Part shown: in pieces, positions 33,467 to 47,389 of the stretch | Layout: every line of letters begins with the position of its first letter | Position numbering within the stretch: position 1 is the first letter of the stretch | DNA from: Fonticula alba ATCC 38817 | Taxonomy: Eukaryota; Protista; Nucleariida | DNA: 64,000 nucleotides | Reading direction: 5' to 3' (one strand) | Assembly: GCA_000388065.2 (NCBI GenBank) | Contig: KB932204.1 | The notes under the pieces: model-generated | Seen by the model: only the letters and a program-made list of their open reading frames with translations | The model's database searches: none | What the model was told of the DNA's origin: nothing | Program-made: the position numbers and the translations under genes

Positions 33467-36400
33467 CCCTATGAAACACACCCCCTCCCCTGCGCGGCCG
33501 GGCCGGCGAGGCTCCGACGTGTCCCATGTGCGCCGATGACAACCGGCGTCGAGGGGCGGCCGAGAATACAAGTGGACCCCGGGCACTGGAAGAGATTACT
33601 CGGGAGAACCGAGTCGAAGTTCTTCCGAATGTGCCCGGCCACATGGAGGCCGGGCGGTCGTACGATGCACACCGCGAGCCGATCATCCGTCCAGATGGTG
33701 TCACGCATAAAATGACATAGATCACGCGATCCAGATGGGGGCTCCTGGGACCGTCGTGCCTTCCGCTCCCCTCGCGGGAGGACGCGCCTGTCTGGTGCGG
33801 CTCCTTCGCTAACGCCCCGAGGGGGATCAGTCTGCTTATCAGGCTTGATCGTCGGCCCGATTGCCATCCAATGGTTGACTTTGGAGCAGTGAGCATTGGT
33901 CTGGGCATCCGGCTCCGGTCCGGGTCGACGAAGGGGTGGCCGGGCTTCAGCAATGCCTATGCCGCTGGGGGGGGGGGGGGTACTCTGCCGCGGCGATTCG
34001 CCAGTGTGGGGAGGGGGGGACCTCCGCATGTTGCTTTCCGGCCTCGGCCGGAGCCTGGCAGGCAGCATGCCGCACCCCGGTCCTCCTTACTCGGGGGGTC
34101 ACATTGCACTTGTGGATGGTCGTCACTTTGGGATGGCTGCCGATTGCAGGTGGCCCCGACAAGGCCCTCCCTTCCCAGGGACACATCCGCTGCAGGGCCC
34201 TCCCCTTCATCAAGCAAGCGAGTGCGTGTGCTGGCGCGGTGGTCGATTGATCCTTACCCACCTGGGTGCGAAACTACCACTATCGGCCACCTCGGTGGGA
34301 TACCCATCGAGCCGTGCCGTGGTCCAGCCCGGCGGGCCTCCCCGACCGCGCGCGCGCGCGCGCGCCTCCTTCGGCCTGTCTGACGAGCGAGTAGTGCCGG
34401 ACTGGAGCCGGGCGAAAAGGCGGAGGGTGCCAAGGAGCCAGAGAGACCTTGACTCGGCCGAAAAAAAGGGGCCGAGTGGCAATGCGGGGGAGAGAAAATG
34501 CCGGCAAGATGGCCACGGCACAAGATGCTGGCTGTGCAACCGCCTGGCATCTCCTTTCGGCGCGGGTCATGCGAAGGGGACATCCCTCGGCCGATCCTCC
34601 AGCCGAATGTCAGGGCCAGCGGCCCGGCTGAGATGGCTAACAAGAAAGTCCTTTGTCTCACCTGATCCAACTACCTCCACATGATTCCGATCATAACCCC
34701 GAGTTAAGCACTAACTCGAGCCCTCTTTCTCAGGTAACCCCTATCCTGTGGGGGAGGCCCCGGTCGAGCCGAGCCACTCTTGGCCCCCTACCCCCCGAGG
34801 GGGCCCGGTCGGGCCGGGCCCGTGCTGCTGAGAGGCTCACAGGCGGCCAGATCGCCACCCGGAAGCGTACTCATGAAACCCGTCACCATTCGTGGCGCCT
34901 TTCCCCCGCTGTCAGAGTGCCGATCGATGGCCAATCTTTGTACGCAGGGGGGGGGGGACCCTGGGGCCGGGATGTTTACCTGGCTGACACTCCACACGCG
35001 GCCCCCTTCGCCCCATAATCAGTCGGAAGAAGTGGCTGACGATCCTCGATGGGGCAACCATCCCGGGGGTGTGAGCCCCGCCTCCCAGGCAGAAGTCGAC
35101 CCCACCCCCTGCCCCTCGGGTGCCCTTCCTGGCGACACATGGCTCCCAGCACTGATCTCTTGATGGAGCGTCACCCGGGAGCAGCCTCGGCAGGACTCTT
35201 TCGAGCAGAAGCAAGCAAGGGCCACCCTGTGTACGGAGGCATCGACCGAACGCGCGGAGTCCAGCGCCGACCGACCGCGCGACAGCATGCATGGCTGCTG
35301 GCGGATGGTTGTTTGATTTCTTGTCATATGGAACCGGGGTGTCCTGGCTGGTCGTCAGCTGGGAGAAGCCTTCGCCCGCCCCACTGTGCCGAGTGTTGGG
35401 TGAGGGGAGGTCCCTTCGAACGGAGTATTTCCGCCCACACTGCCCAACATAAAAGGCGGCCGCGCCGTGGCGGAGGGAAATCCCGCCTGAGATGCATAGA
35501 AATCCTCCTCATTTCCGGAATCCCCTTTGGTGAAAGTACGTCGGTCCTTTTGCCCGGCCTGGCCCCGGGTCCCCCCGGAATTGAGGATCGTTCGAATGGG
35601 CGCCTTCAAGCGCACGGGGAGGCTTCTTGCCTACATCCCCGCGCACCCACGACCTTCCCCCCCCCCCGTCCAAGGTGTAATTTGGGCCGATCTCCGCCGG
35701 GGACCGGCTCGTGCCCATGTCTCCGGGGGCCATTGGCAGGCAAGACGCGACATGCGATCGCGTGTTGTGGACCCCCGGTTTGGATGAATGCGTCGCTCGC
35801 TGTCCTTGAGTGTCGCCCTTGGGCGATGCCTATGTGTCATTCTCTCCTTAGCTGACATGCCTCGCGCTCACCTCGGCCTAGGTGACTTTCCGCCATGGGA
35901 ATCATCTCGGCTGCGCGACGCGCCTCGCTTGGTCTTTTCGTGCCGGGCCGAGGCTTCCTTCGCGCCTTCGGCTCGGCGGCACAGCAATCCGGCGCCATGA
36001 AAAAGGGGGCCCTCCACTCTGCGCATGACACCCCGAGGCAGCCCCAGCCCCACCGCCGGGAGCGCTCGGATGACCCGATCCAGCGTCCGGGCTACCAAGG
36101 GCCGATGGGCGCCGCAGCGGAGACCCAGTCCCGGTCACATGGCAGCCAACCCGGGGGAGCCCCAATCGGGGTCTCGCGCCATTCTGGCTCGCAGTCGGCC
36201 CAAAGCGATCCAAAGCCGAGCGGCACGCACGGGGAGCATGGTCTTCGGGATGAACAGGATCGACTGCCGGCTGGCCCTGCGGGGCGCGTCAGCGAATCGA
36301 CATAGAACACCCCCAAGCCGGGGGCGTCGCAATGCCGATGGCCGAAGGAGCTTCCTCCGTCAGTGAGAGAGAGAGAGCCAGGGATCTGCTCCTGGGGTCT

Positions 36401-39400
36401 GTCCCGGCATTCGGGGGCGCCGCCGGAAATCAACAGGTTCCTCCATTCGTGGAGGAGAGTCTTGGTCGCCATCAAGAGTTGACGTTGCCGAATGTGAGCC
36501 GGGCGTGCAGGTATCTTGGAGGATGAAAAGGATGGGCATTCGCACGCTTTCGGTGGATGGCGCTCATCGGAGGGAGGTAGCTGTGCACCCATCGCCGCTG
36601 GGCCATATCGACATCCGGCCCGCACGCTCCTTCCACAGGGGGGATCAGCCAATCCTGGAACCGGGCGAAGCATGCGCGACGCACGGCGATCTGATGTTGA
36701 CGTGTCATTGCGGGCTTCTTCAGGCCCGATGAGGGGATGCGTGAGCGCTTTAGGACGATGGCTGGCGGCACACACCCTTGAGCGTTCTTTCTTGCTCCCT
36801 TTTCGGCATTGTGGCCTGCCTGTTGTAGGCCAATCTCGCGGGACCGTCGCCACATTTGCCATCCTCCCCTTCAGGAATATGACCCAGCAACGTTCGATCC
36901 TCCCATCGCGAGCGAGATGCATGTGCTCGAGTGTCTGTCTAAAGGGGGCCGTCGTTCGAGCGGGGGGGTGCTTTCGTTGAAACGCCAGTGGCATGGCCTG
37001 CAAGTGGGCTATCTGAAGGCTGCAGGGCTTGCAGGCAAATGGGAGGGCAGGCGAGGGGAGGAAATGATCGGCGTCAAGGCAGCCACATACGGCCGTGCCA
37101 AGAGTGGACCCCTCCTGAGCGTCGAAAAAAAAGAAGCGAAAGGGCAAGGGCCATGGGTCGGAGGATACACAAGCTCGCGTCTGTGACAGTCGGCAAGTCC
37201 ACACGTTGGAGGAGACACACGCGGGAGGAGGAGCGGGCTCGGGCTTGGCGGGAGGCGCGACCCAGGAAGGAATATGGACTGTTGGAAAGGACGGAGGCCC
37301 CGTGCGGCGTCGAGCCCCGTAGGATGCGAGGCGGATGTCCGGGACTGGTGGGGTAATGCATGCCACGGTTTGCGCGTATGCCTGAACGAGGGCACCCGGC
37401 TGCACCCTAGACTGGCACCACGACATGACATAAAGGTGAAGCGGCTGGCCGGGCCCAGAGCGAACGAGTCTTCATGAAATGGGCCAAAGCCTCGCGCTTC
37501 GGCGAAAGCGCACGTCGGCGACCCACAGTGACAGCCAGAAGTCGGAGAACCTGGGGGGTGTTAGAGGGACCAGGATGGGGCTGTACCTGTGACTCCACGG
37601 CATGCACTCATAAATGGCGAGATCCGTGCCTCGAGAAAAGAGGGGCCATTGGGCTGCAAGTTGCCGACGTCATGGCAGCAAGCGCTTGCCTTTGGGTGCC
37701 GAGGTCTTGTTCGGAAGGGAAAGTCGGATCTCTGGGCGACCGAGGAGGCCCCCCCTGGCGGTCGAGGGGAGAGTCCGAGCTCGGGGGCTTTTTTCAGCGG
37801 ATTCCTTTTGTTGTTGACCCAAGTGATCACACACACACACACACACAGGGCCACACGAAAACCCGGGCTGGATGATATATGCGGAGACGCCGAAATCGAG
37901 ATGCTCGTCGCTCGTTTGCCAGACCCGATTGCGGGCCCATCTTTTCGGGGGCAATGGCTCTCGGAGGAGGGGGGGGAGGTGAAGCCGTCCCTGCCAGCAC
38001 AGCACTGGCTCCACTTTCTGGGCAAGGGCCAATCCATAGCATGGGGGCCGGCGCACATAACCCCGCTCGAGGTGTTCCGGTGTCCAGAGGAAGGGCCCCG
38101 CCAGGCCGAAGGCCCCGCGCGTGGTGGGGTATCTCGGCCATGCCTGCCAGCATGTCGAGTCGACTTGTCGTCACGGCAAAGCGCATGGCCACCGGAAGGG
38201 GGTGAAGCTGCTCGAGACAAGTCGGTCTCCTGTGTTCAGCCGCGCCAAGTGCGGCGTCGAAACCGGAGTGCCGGACATCCACCGTTGGAAGGGTGACGCT
38301 CTCGGTGCGATGTTTCCACCGATCACGGCAAGGGCACACACCAGGGCTTCAGGAGGGAGACAAGCGGGGAACACCTTCCCCCCTCGCACGTCGGCGGTGT
38401 GGAAATGGGCGTGCGCCTTTCGGGTCGCGCGCGCGACCGACGAGCCAGTCGCACTCGCTGGATGGATGAATATACCAGCTCGAGCTCAAGCGCGAGAATG
38501 GCCCGGCCCTCCGGGGCAGCCTCTCCCCGCGATCATCGCCGCGCCCAGACACCGTCCCGGGCGCTCCAAGACATGCACAGCGAAGGTGACTCCTTGCCAA
38601 GAAGCCCCACGCCATGGCTCATGGCAAGTGCCAGCGGATTGGCCTGCCGGGGGTCTTGCTGGCTGGTCACTCTGCGGTCGCCGTCGGGGAGATGCCCCCC
38701 CCCGTCGGCGTTTTCCTGGAGAGCCGCTCGCGGGTCGAACACGCTTCGGCAGATGTTCATGGCCTGTGACCCCGAGCTTTTGTTGTTGCTGTTGCTGTTG
38801 ACCTTCCGCCGGGGCCGGGGCGGTCGCCGGCCGGGAGCTTGCGAGTGGGGCCGGAGACTTCGGCCAGGCGGGCCGCCGGGGCCTGGACTCCTACTCGAGG
38901 ACAAGAACCAGACTCTTGAGAATGGCATTTCCTGGAAGCAGGCATCTCCAAGGGGTCGGTCTGCTGTGCCAGGGGCGTTGTGGCGGGGCTCCCTTGAGAG
39001 AATGTCGCCCCCTTCGAGGGTGAACATTCTTAGGGAGATCGGGCTTGGGGCGATCAGCATCTGGTCTGCCTGGTGGAGTTGCGTCTGACGAAGGGTCCCA
39101 CAAGAAGGGGCTAAAAAGATGCTCGCCATCGCGCCCAGGGGCAGGGGAGAACCTTGGCGCCGATGCCCAAACGCACGGGTAGCCTCTCGATCTGGGCGGT
39201 GGCCTTGCCCGGGGACGGATGCGAGTGCGGGGGGGGGGGGGGGGGTGGACGTCCTCTGCGGGCTGGGCACCCCTCTCCGCGGGCTGGGCACCCCCAGGCG
39301 AAGAACGAATGGGCCTGCGAGCCCCGGGCAAGGCGGGGAGGACAAGCGCAGGGAGAGGGGGAAATGTGGAAATGGCCCGGAGGACGGGCGGCGAGAAGAG

Positions 39401-39544
39401 CGAATGAAGGGCCACCGGGCCGGGAGGGGGGGGGGGCGTGTTGCGTCCGGCACAATGGTCCAAGTACCTTTCTTCCACGTTCTCCCTTCTCCCATTATTT
39501 TCTCTTGCTCCTTTTCTCCCTCGCACCTTGCTGGCTTTCGCAAC

Positions 39545-40588
39545 ATGATAGGCCGCTCGATGGCGCCGGTCCACCGGACCTTGATCTTGGCCGTGCTCTT
39601 GACTGTGGCCCTGGCCGGGGCACTGCGTGTGACGCGTGCATCGGACGGATCGTCCGCCTGCAAGCCCGGCGAGTATGTGCCCCCCGGGGGGGAGGCCCCA
39701 TGCGCCACCTGCGACACAAGCTGCTGGACCTGCTTCGACGGCGCGGACTTGTGCACATCTTGCCCTCTGGGCGCCGCGGTGGACCGGGCCTGGCTGCGCC
39801 CCGACACCGGGGAGTGCATGGCCACCTGTCCCAGAGAGGGGTTTGTGCCGGTGGAGCACACGGCGGGATCGGGCCGCGCGTGCCTGGCCTGTCCGGAGGG
39901 GTGTACCTCCTGCTCGGTGCCGGAGGATGCCCCCCCGTGTGGCCTTGACCCGGCCGGCGTGCTCACCTGCCCCAAGGTGACCTGCCACCAGTGCGCGGAT
40001 GGCCTGCTGCTGCTTGATGGGTCCTCGTGTGTGACATCCTGCCCGGCGACCAGGTACTACACGGACCATGAGGCGCGGTTTTCCCCGGTGCCGGCGTGCC
40101 TCCGGTGTGCTCCCATGTGTGACGCGTGCTCCGGGCTCGGGTCTGAGAAGTGCACCGCCGGCCTGCAGGCCGTCATCAATGCCAGCGTCGGTACGAGAAC
40201 AGCGCGGCATGCCTGCGGGACATCGACATGTTGGCTTTGGCTGGCCCCTCCCCCCCCCCCTTCACACCCCACTGTCATCGGCGTCCTGACCCTCTCCCTC
40301 CCCCCCCTTGGCCCGCCTTGTGTTCTCCTCCTCGAATGCCCGCCCTGCCGGCCGACAGTGGTCATTATGAGCATCCTTCTCGCGGTCATGGGGACCTTCT
40401 TCGTTGGATCCGTGGTGGCCATGATCATCATGCGGCATCTGAATCAGCAGCGCCGGAAGCGGAAAGCCCCCCCGGCTGCGGAGGCACCCTCCTCGGGAAA
40501 GGTTGACTCCGACCGGTCCCGGCGCATGGCACCTCGCAAGGGGCCTTCGGATGAGGCGATCCCCATGGACATGCTGCTGCCTCGATGA
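39545..40588 (+). CDS. Type I membrane protein: signal peptide, furin-like Cys-rich repeats, one TM, short cytoplasmic tail (no kinase); probable in-frame intron 40191-40358
   Basis: RTLILAVLLTVALAGA signal peptide; CxxCxxxCxxC repeats; TM VVIMSILLAVMGTFFVGSVVAMIIM followed by RHLNQQRRKRK. Confidence 0.8.
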   Translation: MIGRSMAPVHRTLILAVLLTVALAGALRVTRASDGSSACKPGEYVPPGGEAPCATCDTSCWTCFDGADLCTSCPLGAAVDRAWLRPDTGECMATCPREGFVPVEHTAGSGRACLACPEGCTSCSVPEDAPPCGLDPAGVLTCPKVTCHQCADGLLLLDGSSCVTSCPATRYYTDHEARFSPVPACLRCAPMCDACSGLGSEKCTAGLQAVINASVGTRTARHACGTSTCWLWLAPPPPPSHPTVIGVLTLSLPPLGPPCVLLLECPPCRPTVVIMSILLAVMGTFFVGSVVAMIIMRHLNQQRRKRKAPPAAEAPSSGKVDSDRSRRMAPRKGPSDEAIPMDMLLPR

Positions 40589-43500
40589 GCTGCATCCGAA
40601 TAACCTGCCTGCATGTTTCTTGCCCATTGGTGACCGGCATTGGCCTCCCTTCGCCGGGCCTGCCTCGGCTGCCGGTCGACGGGCCCGGGGGGGGGAGGGG
40701 GGGGGGGTCGCCGCGCGACTTACCTTCAGAGGATATCCCGTCAGAAGGGGCCGGGGTGGATGGGGCTACACCGAGCGAGGCGGCCAAAGGGCAGGGGCCC
40801 CAGGCGGGAAGACGAGGAGAGGGAGCCCTGCCGGGGGGAAAGTGTCTAGCGGAGTGGCTCTGCGGGGTGGCGTCCGGTGGCCCAGCACGTTCAATGGCCC
40901 TTGGCCGGGCCTTTCCGGGTCAGTACATTCCGCCTGGCAGTCGGGCCCGCCGCTCCGAACGAAGAGGGCAGTCGTCGGCGCCCATCCAGGCAGATGGGGA
41001 CCCCGCGAAGGGAGACCGGGTTTGTTTTTTATTTTATTTTCAGCCCCCCCCCCCTCCTCCCTACAGCCCCATTACTGGGGGGCATTTGAGGAAACTCCCC
41101 TGGCAGGGGTGGGGGTCACAAGCGCCGGTCGGTATTTGCCCGTGTGGGAATGAATCCCCCTCCCCCCGGACTGGCATGTCAGCAGGAGTGCATCCCTGGA
41201 GCAACCCGCCGCGGGCTTCGTTGATGAGCTTGCACATGCCGCGGACTTGGAGGGGGGGGGGGGAGGGCGGGGACATTGGTTTCCGGCGATACCGGTCTAT
41301 CGTGCGGAGGATGAAGAATAAGCCTTGGGGCGGCCAAACATCCGGCTACCTCGAGGGGGGGCGGTATTTGTACTTGGCGCCCGGGCCCAGGGATAAGGGG
41401 GCCGTAGTCCTGGCCAAACACGATGGATGCATGCACGGACGCATGGCACTCGGCTGACGGTCGGACAGCGGCAAATGGTTTATTTTTTCACACGCCTCGC
41501 ATGGCAAGCCAGGGGAGGGGACATAAACATGCCCCCCCTGGGGAAGTCGAGCGCGCGGCCAAGGGGAGGGCACCTGCAGACGCACCGGCAGGAGGTGGGC
41601 CACCCGGCCCGGGGGCACTAAGCCAAGCCAAGAGCAGGGGTCTTCGGCAAGAGCGGCACCGAAGTCGCATCCCTCGACCCGGGTGCGAGGCCGGCATGCT
41701 GATGTCAAACTACCGCCAGGAAAGCCGCCCTTCTGGGCCGTCCGTCAGTCGGGCTTCGGGCTATTGGGGGGGGGGGGGGGGTCGTATGCACGGGGCACAT
41801 GTTTTTGTCTTCTCAACAGCGGGACATCCGCCCAAAAAAGGGCTAATGATATTCCCACTTTTTGAGGCGCGCACGACGCTTCGCTCGGCCCGGTGCGCTG
41901 GCTGTTCGTGAGCCCCGGTCCGTTGGTGTTTCGTCGCGTCCCCTCCTCCGTGCCGAGACCCGCCCCGGTCCCCGAGCCGCGGGACTGTGGGCTAGCCAAG
42001 TGCTTGGCTCGGGGCGGGTGGGCTCCCCCCTGTGGGCGTCTCCGCCGATGAGCGGGCAAGCCAACATGCTCTCCCGCACCCCCCCCCCTCTGGATCTCGC
42101 CCCGCTCTGTGTCTGTGCCTCGGCGATGTGCTCCGAGTGTTCTTCGCTTGGTGCCCCTTTGTCAGGGGCCATTCGGGTCCATGCGGGGGATCGGTCGATC
42201 GGGGGCGGTGGGCTCCGCGACCATGGCCCCTCCCCCTGCCGGGGGGCCGACTCACGGCGGCCGGCCACTCGCCGAGCGCGGCATGGGCGCCCCAACAGCC
42301 TGGGGCAGGCGCGCCTGTCGGTGGTTCCCCGCCGGGTCGGCGATGCCCTTGTTGCCGGGCACCGACTGGCAGGCAGGTGGGCGTCTCCGGTGGAGTTTTT
42401 TTTTGTCTTGAGCATGGGCGAGTCATCCACCCTGGCGGGTGTGCTGTTTTCCGTGTGGGCTCACCGGACAGCATCGGATTCCAAGCCCACCCGGATATTG
42501 GCGGGCCCGGGCTCTTGCCATTGGTGGCGATGCGGACGTGCGTGTCGGCCGGGCCATTCGGCTGCCATTGTCCGAGTGCTCTCTGGCCGAACACGATCGG
42601 CTTCTGCTCGTCAGGTGGTGCCTCCACATGACAGCGTCCGCGGTCCCAGGGGCGCCGTGCGACGGGGTCTCGCTGCCGGCCGGTAGTGGCGCACCAGGCC
42701 GAGGGGGCTGTTGGCCTGGCATTCGGGCCTCCCAGTTCGACGCTCAGCGTGGGCCCGGCGCCACACGGCCGTGGCCATGGTGGCTTGTTGATCGGATAAT
42801 GAGTGGGGTGCGCCCAAAAAAAAAAAACATCGGTTGGGCCGCTGGCTGGGCTTGTTCCCGAAGGCCGGAATTTTCGGTGTGCCGCTCGGGCAGAGCCGAT
42901 CTGGCGTTTGGGCTTCGGAGTGCCGCCTTTGATGACGCGCGACTGGGCGCTGGCCCGCATGGCCACCAACAGAACGGGCCATTTTTACCTCTGCTTGTCT
43001 CCCATGCGATGGGGAGCGTGCACCACCCAGCCCGGTGGGCCTGCTGCCGAGGGGCCGGCGCAGCCAGCTTGTCGGCGGTCTCTGAGCTGACCAAGGCCTC
43101 GAGGACGGGGCTGGCCTGCTGGAGGGCCGGGCCGGCCCTGGTGGGTCTGTCGTGTCTCCCGCGAGCAGGGCTGGCATAGGACCATCTGCGAGTGGAGCAT
43201 GTCCGTGCCGGGGGGAAAAAAAACCCTGTCCTTGGGATGAGCCTGGTAGTTGCCCTGCCTTGCGCCATGGGACGACCTGCGCCTGGCATCCAGCCTCGGG
43301 CATCCCCCATGCCCACGCCCTTGGGACAGGGCTGGCAGCGGCGTGGGTAGCGAGGTCGGCTGTGGCCGAGAGCCAGGCCACCAGGCACTGGCTGGCGCGA
43401 TTGTCGGGCGCGAGGGGGGGGGGGGGGGGGGGGGGCAGCGATCCTGGGCGACATCCGTCCTACGGGTAAGAAGCGTTGACGTATGTCTCGCAGAAAGCTG

Positions 43501-44354
43501 GCAGCCCCCGCTTCGCATGGGGTTCGCATGACCACGGCACCCTATCGGAGGCTGCCGCGCTGGCGGGTCGACGAGCTGCGAGGACTTGAAGTGCCCACTT
43601 CCGGCTGGACCGGCAGCCAGGCCCGGACGGATGGTGTTGCTCGCGCTGGGTACCATCCTGGCAGAAGTCATCCATTGGCCTGGCGCGTTCAGGGGAGGGG
43701 GGTCCCGGTTTCGGGGGGTCTGTCCGCCTGTGGGGAATCTCGGCCATTGGCTTGGCCCTGCAAGGGGGCGCGATTTTGATCATGCTCGGGGGTGTCGGGA
43801 CCATGTGTGGACGCCGGGTGGGCGGGCCGCCGACCCATCCGGGGCAGCGACCTCGCAGGAGTGCGGGGCCTGCAGTCGACCGGCCGAAACGGCAGTTCGC
43901 AGGTGGGGCGCGGGCGCGAGGCCCACAGCCATGCTGATGGTAAGGTGGCCCCGTGTGAGCACTACTGGTGTCGAATGGTGGGATCCTTCCACCGGGGCCT
44001 CTCCAGCGCACACTCCGAGAGCCCACCAATCGGGGCCCTGTCCGCTCGAAGCACCAGCACCCGACGAGAGAGGCCATGTCTGCCGGCCCGAAAACCGGCG
44101 AGGGCCAGGGGGATGCCGGGGGGACGGCTGCCGAAAAAAAGGCTTGGCACCCTTGGTCTTCGTCGAGTGTCGGTGGTCCGCGTGCAACAACGCAGCCACA
44201 AGGCCGCTGACTGCCCCCCCTCTCTCGTCTGCCGAGACCCCGTCGTGTGCTGGCCCCGCCCCGGGGCGGCAGGAGGGGGGCCTGCGCAATGCGGGCACAC
44301 AGAACGCCAGCCAAGGCATGTTGATCGCGGGCACGCTACAAAAAGAAGGAAGAT

Positions 44355-44427
44355 AGCCCACTGTGGGGCTCGAACCCACGACCCTGGGATTAAGAGTCCC
44401 ATGCTCTACCAACTGAGCTAAACAGGC
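44355..44427 (-). tRNA. tRNA-Lys (CTT), copy 1
   Basis: GCCTGTTTAGCTCAGTTGGTAGAGCATGGGACTCTTAATCCCAGGGTCGTGGGTTCGAGCCCCACAGTGGGCT, with a T4 run downstream. Confidence 0.95.
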
Positions 44428-46916
44428 TATACATGATACACGAGAGCGTTATTGTCTTTTATTTCACCCCGTTCCCCTCCATCACTCAAGTCGCCGTGTC
44501 TCGTGCTCCCTGGAGCCGGCTGTGTGCTCCGCCCCTCGCCTGACCGGAGCACTGCCGGCCCTTGAGTCCATCGAAAAGACCCGCCTCTGCCTCGCAGCCG
44601 CCGCCGAAGGGCATCCTTCAATCCGTCTCCCGGCCGGTCAGGCATTCCTGCGCCCGGACGCAACCCACGGCAAGACCTGACGCCCGGGTCATCTCTTTCC
44701 TCGGTGTCCTCTCCCTGCCAAGTGACAAATGCTTGGTCTCGACCGAAGGCTGTCTCCATGGAGGCAGCCCGGGCGCGGCTGTGGTTTCCTTCGGCGGTTG
44801 ATCTTCCCTTGGGCAGGGGATCTTCTGGATGCCCCGGGTCCTACCTCTCGCCCGGGGAGACGCTTCACATCGGGCTCGGGCCCGCTCTTTCCGCCTGTGC
44901 CAGCTCACCCCGTGAGACCGGGGTTGCGTGCCTGTGCCGCCGACGAATCGCGGCGAATGTGGCCCCTTTCCTCGGGCCAGTAGGCCAAAGACCCCTGCGC
45001 TGCCTGCCGGGCAAGGATGGGTCGCCCGGGCGATGGTCGGAAGGTCACCCCAGCGAGCCCCTGCGGCCTCGTCTCGCAGCCAAGTGCCCAGGCACGGGAC
45101 CTCCGATGGGCTGGTGTTTCACGGTCGAATGACATGCGATCACCGCTCGCTGGTGGCCGCGATCCCTCCACGGCGGCGTCCGGCTCCTCTGGTGGACCTC
45201 CCCCTCGGCATGGGTCGTTGTTGCTTCGGCATCGGTGTGTGGCGCTTGCCGCGGCGACCGCGGATGCGGATCGCAAGCGAGGCGCGTTCCTCGTGACCTG
45301 ATCACATGCACACATGGCGGTCGGAGCATGATCGCGTCACGCACTTGGCCACCCACAGCGCTCCAGGCGGTATCGTGTTGGCGCGCGGGATGCGGGGGGG
45401 GGGGGTGCGTTCGCCAGGGCGTGTCGTCTGGCACCGGTGGGGTGGGAGGACCGGTTCGCGCCCGGCTGCGGAGCCGCCCAGGAAGGGTCTCTCACTCTGC
45501 CTTCCGGGAGCGGGCGTGCCTGGAACGGACACTTGGCCACCGCCTCGCAGCCCGTGGGGCTGGGGGGCGGGGGGGGGGGGGGGGGGGGGGGGCTGAAACA
45601 TTGGCCGTCTCCGAGCCGCGCACGGTTTGTGATTGTCTTGCTCCGCAGTTGGCAGACATCCCCCGGCCGAGGGCTTCTGGGCCGGGTTCAACGTTGGGGG
45701 CAGGGCAGGGTGTTTCAGGGGGTCGCGTGGGAGGCAACCACCGGAAAGCCAGCGTGGGCGACGAAAAAAAAAACACCCTCCTCTGACTACTTTGGTGTGC
45801 GCCTGGAGCGGCATCCCTGCGGCGGGGGGGTGTCGTTCTCCGGGGGCCATGAACAGGACCTAGAACCTGCTGTGCGGGGGCCGGCCACTTGCCCTGTCGG
45901 CACCAGCGCCCTTGTCGAGAGGCGCACGCGGATCGGCCGGAGGCCTGGTGCTTCTTCCTGCTGGCCCCCCCCCCCCCCCCCCCCGGGGCGAGGAGCCTGT
46001 TGCTTGGGGCCTTCCTTGAGCCGCCCTGTGCCCTGCCTTCGGGAAGCATGGTCGGGGTCCCCTTGGCTGGAGGCCCTGGGCAGGCTCCCTCGGTTGAGAG
46101 AGTGTGTGTGTGTGTCTCCTTCTTGTCTCGCCCCTCCCCCCGGGGCCCCCGGTGGCTGGCGCGTGGGCGATCTGGGCCGCGTTGCGTCTGGGCGCCCGTT
46201 GGCAGTCTAGGATGGTTGCCCCTCGGAAAAATAGCCCCACACCGCTTCGGCACCCGGGTCCCTCTGCTCGATGAGTCTTCCTGCGCGGGGGTCGGCGAAG
46301 TCGGCTCCGCCCCGACCGATGTCCGGAAGTTGTGCCTGTTGCTGCCGAGCGCGCAGGACATGTAGGAAGGACGCCGGCTCGCTCGCCCCGGCGGCGGTTT
46401 ACCCGGGAGCGATGGTTGTCATGGTCGGTGAGTGTCGGCCCTCGGGCAGATGTGTCCCCATTGGTCCCCCCCCCTCCCCCCCTAGACCGAGCACCGAAGC
46501 CGGGCGGGTGCACGCCGGTCCAGATGGCTGGCTGCTCGTCGCCCACACTCCCCTTAGAAGATGCCGCCCTGATGGGGGGCCTGCCCTCGCCGGCCAGACA
46601 TCTTCCATCTGATCCCCCGATTCTGCTCATTTCCCGCCTCCCCCCCCACACGCCTGGCTGGCCGATTGCTCGCCCCTTCCCATTCGCTCGCCACCTGTGA
46701 CCTCCCTGGAGGTGGATTCCCTCGCCGGCCCCGGTGTCAGCCTCCGGGCGCGGCCCTGCTTGCCGTCCTCTGGCCAGCTGCCTGTCCACTTGGCCCTTGT
46801 GCCGGGCCCCTGCCGGGGTGTTGGTATTCCCTCGGGCCCCTCTCGCTGAGTCCGGCCAGGGCGGCGCCCGCCNNNNNNNNNNNNNNNNNNNNNNNNNNNN
46901 NNNNNNCGTTCGAATC

Positions 46917-47264
46917 ATGGTGGTCTTTTTGTTCGTCGACTACATGGCTGCGGTCACCGTGCCGATTCAGCTGCTCTTCTTTGGGCTCTACTTCCTCCGC
47001 TTCCAGCAGGAGCCCATCACCCCTCGGGGCCGGTTCCTCACCTCAGTCACATTTATTTTCATCTTGATTCACCACATTGTCTTGCTGGTGACCCTGTATG
47101 ACCCTCGACGGTTGATTGTCTCCTGCTGGGGCGTTCTCATCACCTCCGGGCTATACCCCCTTTTTTGGGGCCTGGTACGCGATGCTCCGGCCCCCGATTG
47201 CTCCTTTTTTTACGTGCCTGCCAAACTGACCTGATCTCTCGCTCTCTCTCTCTCTCTCTCTATG

Positions 47265-47305
<41 letters not shown>

Positions 47306-47358
47306 GTCGCTCTCTCTCTCTCTCTCTCTCTCTCTCGCGCTCTCTCGCTCTCTCGCTC

Positions 47359-47389
<31 letters not shown>

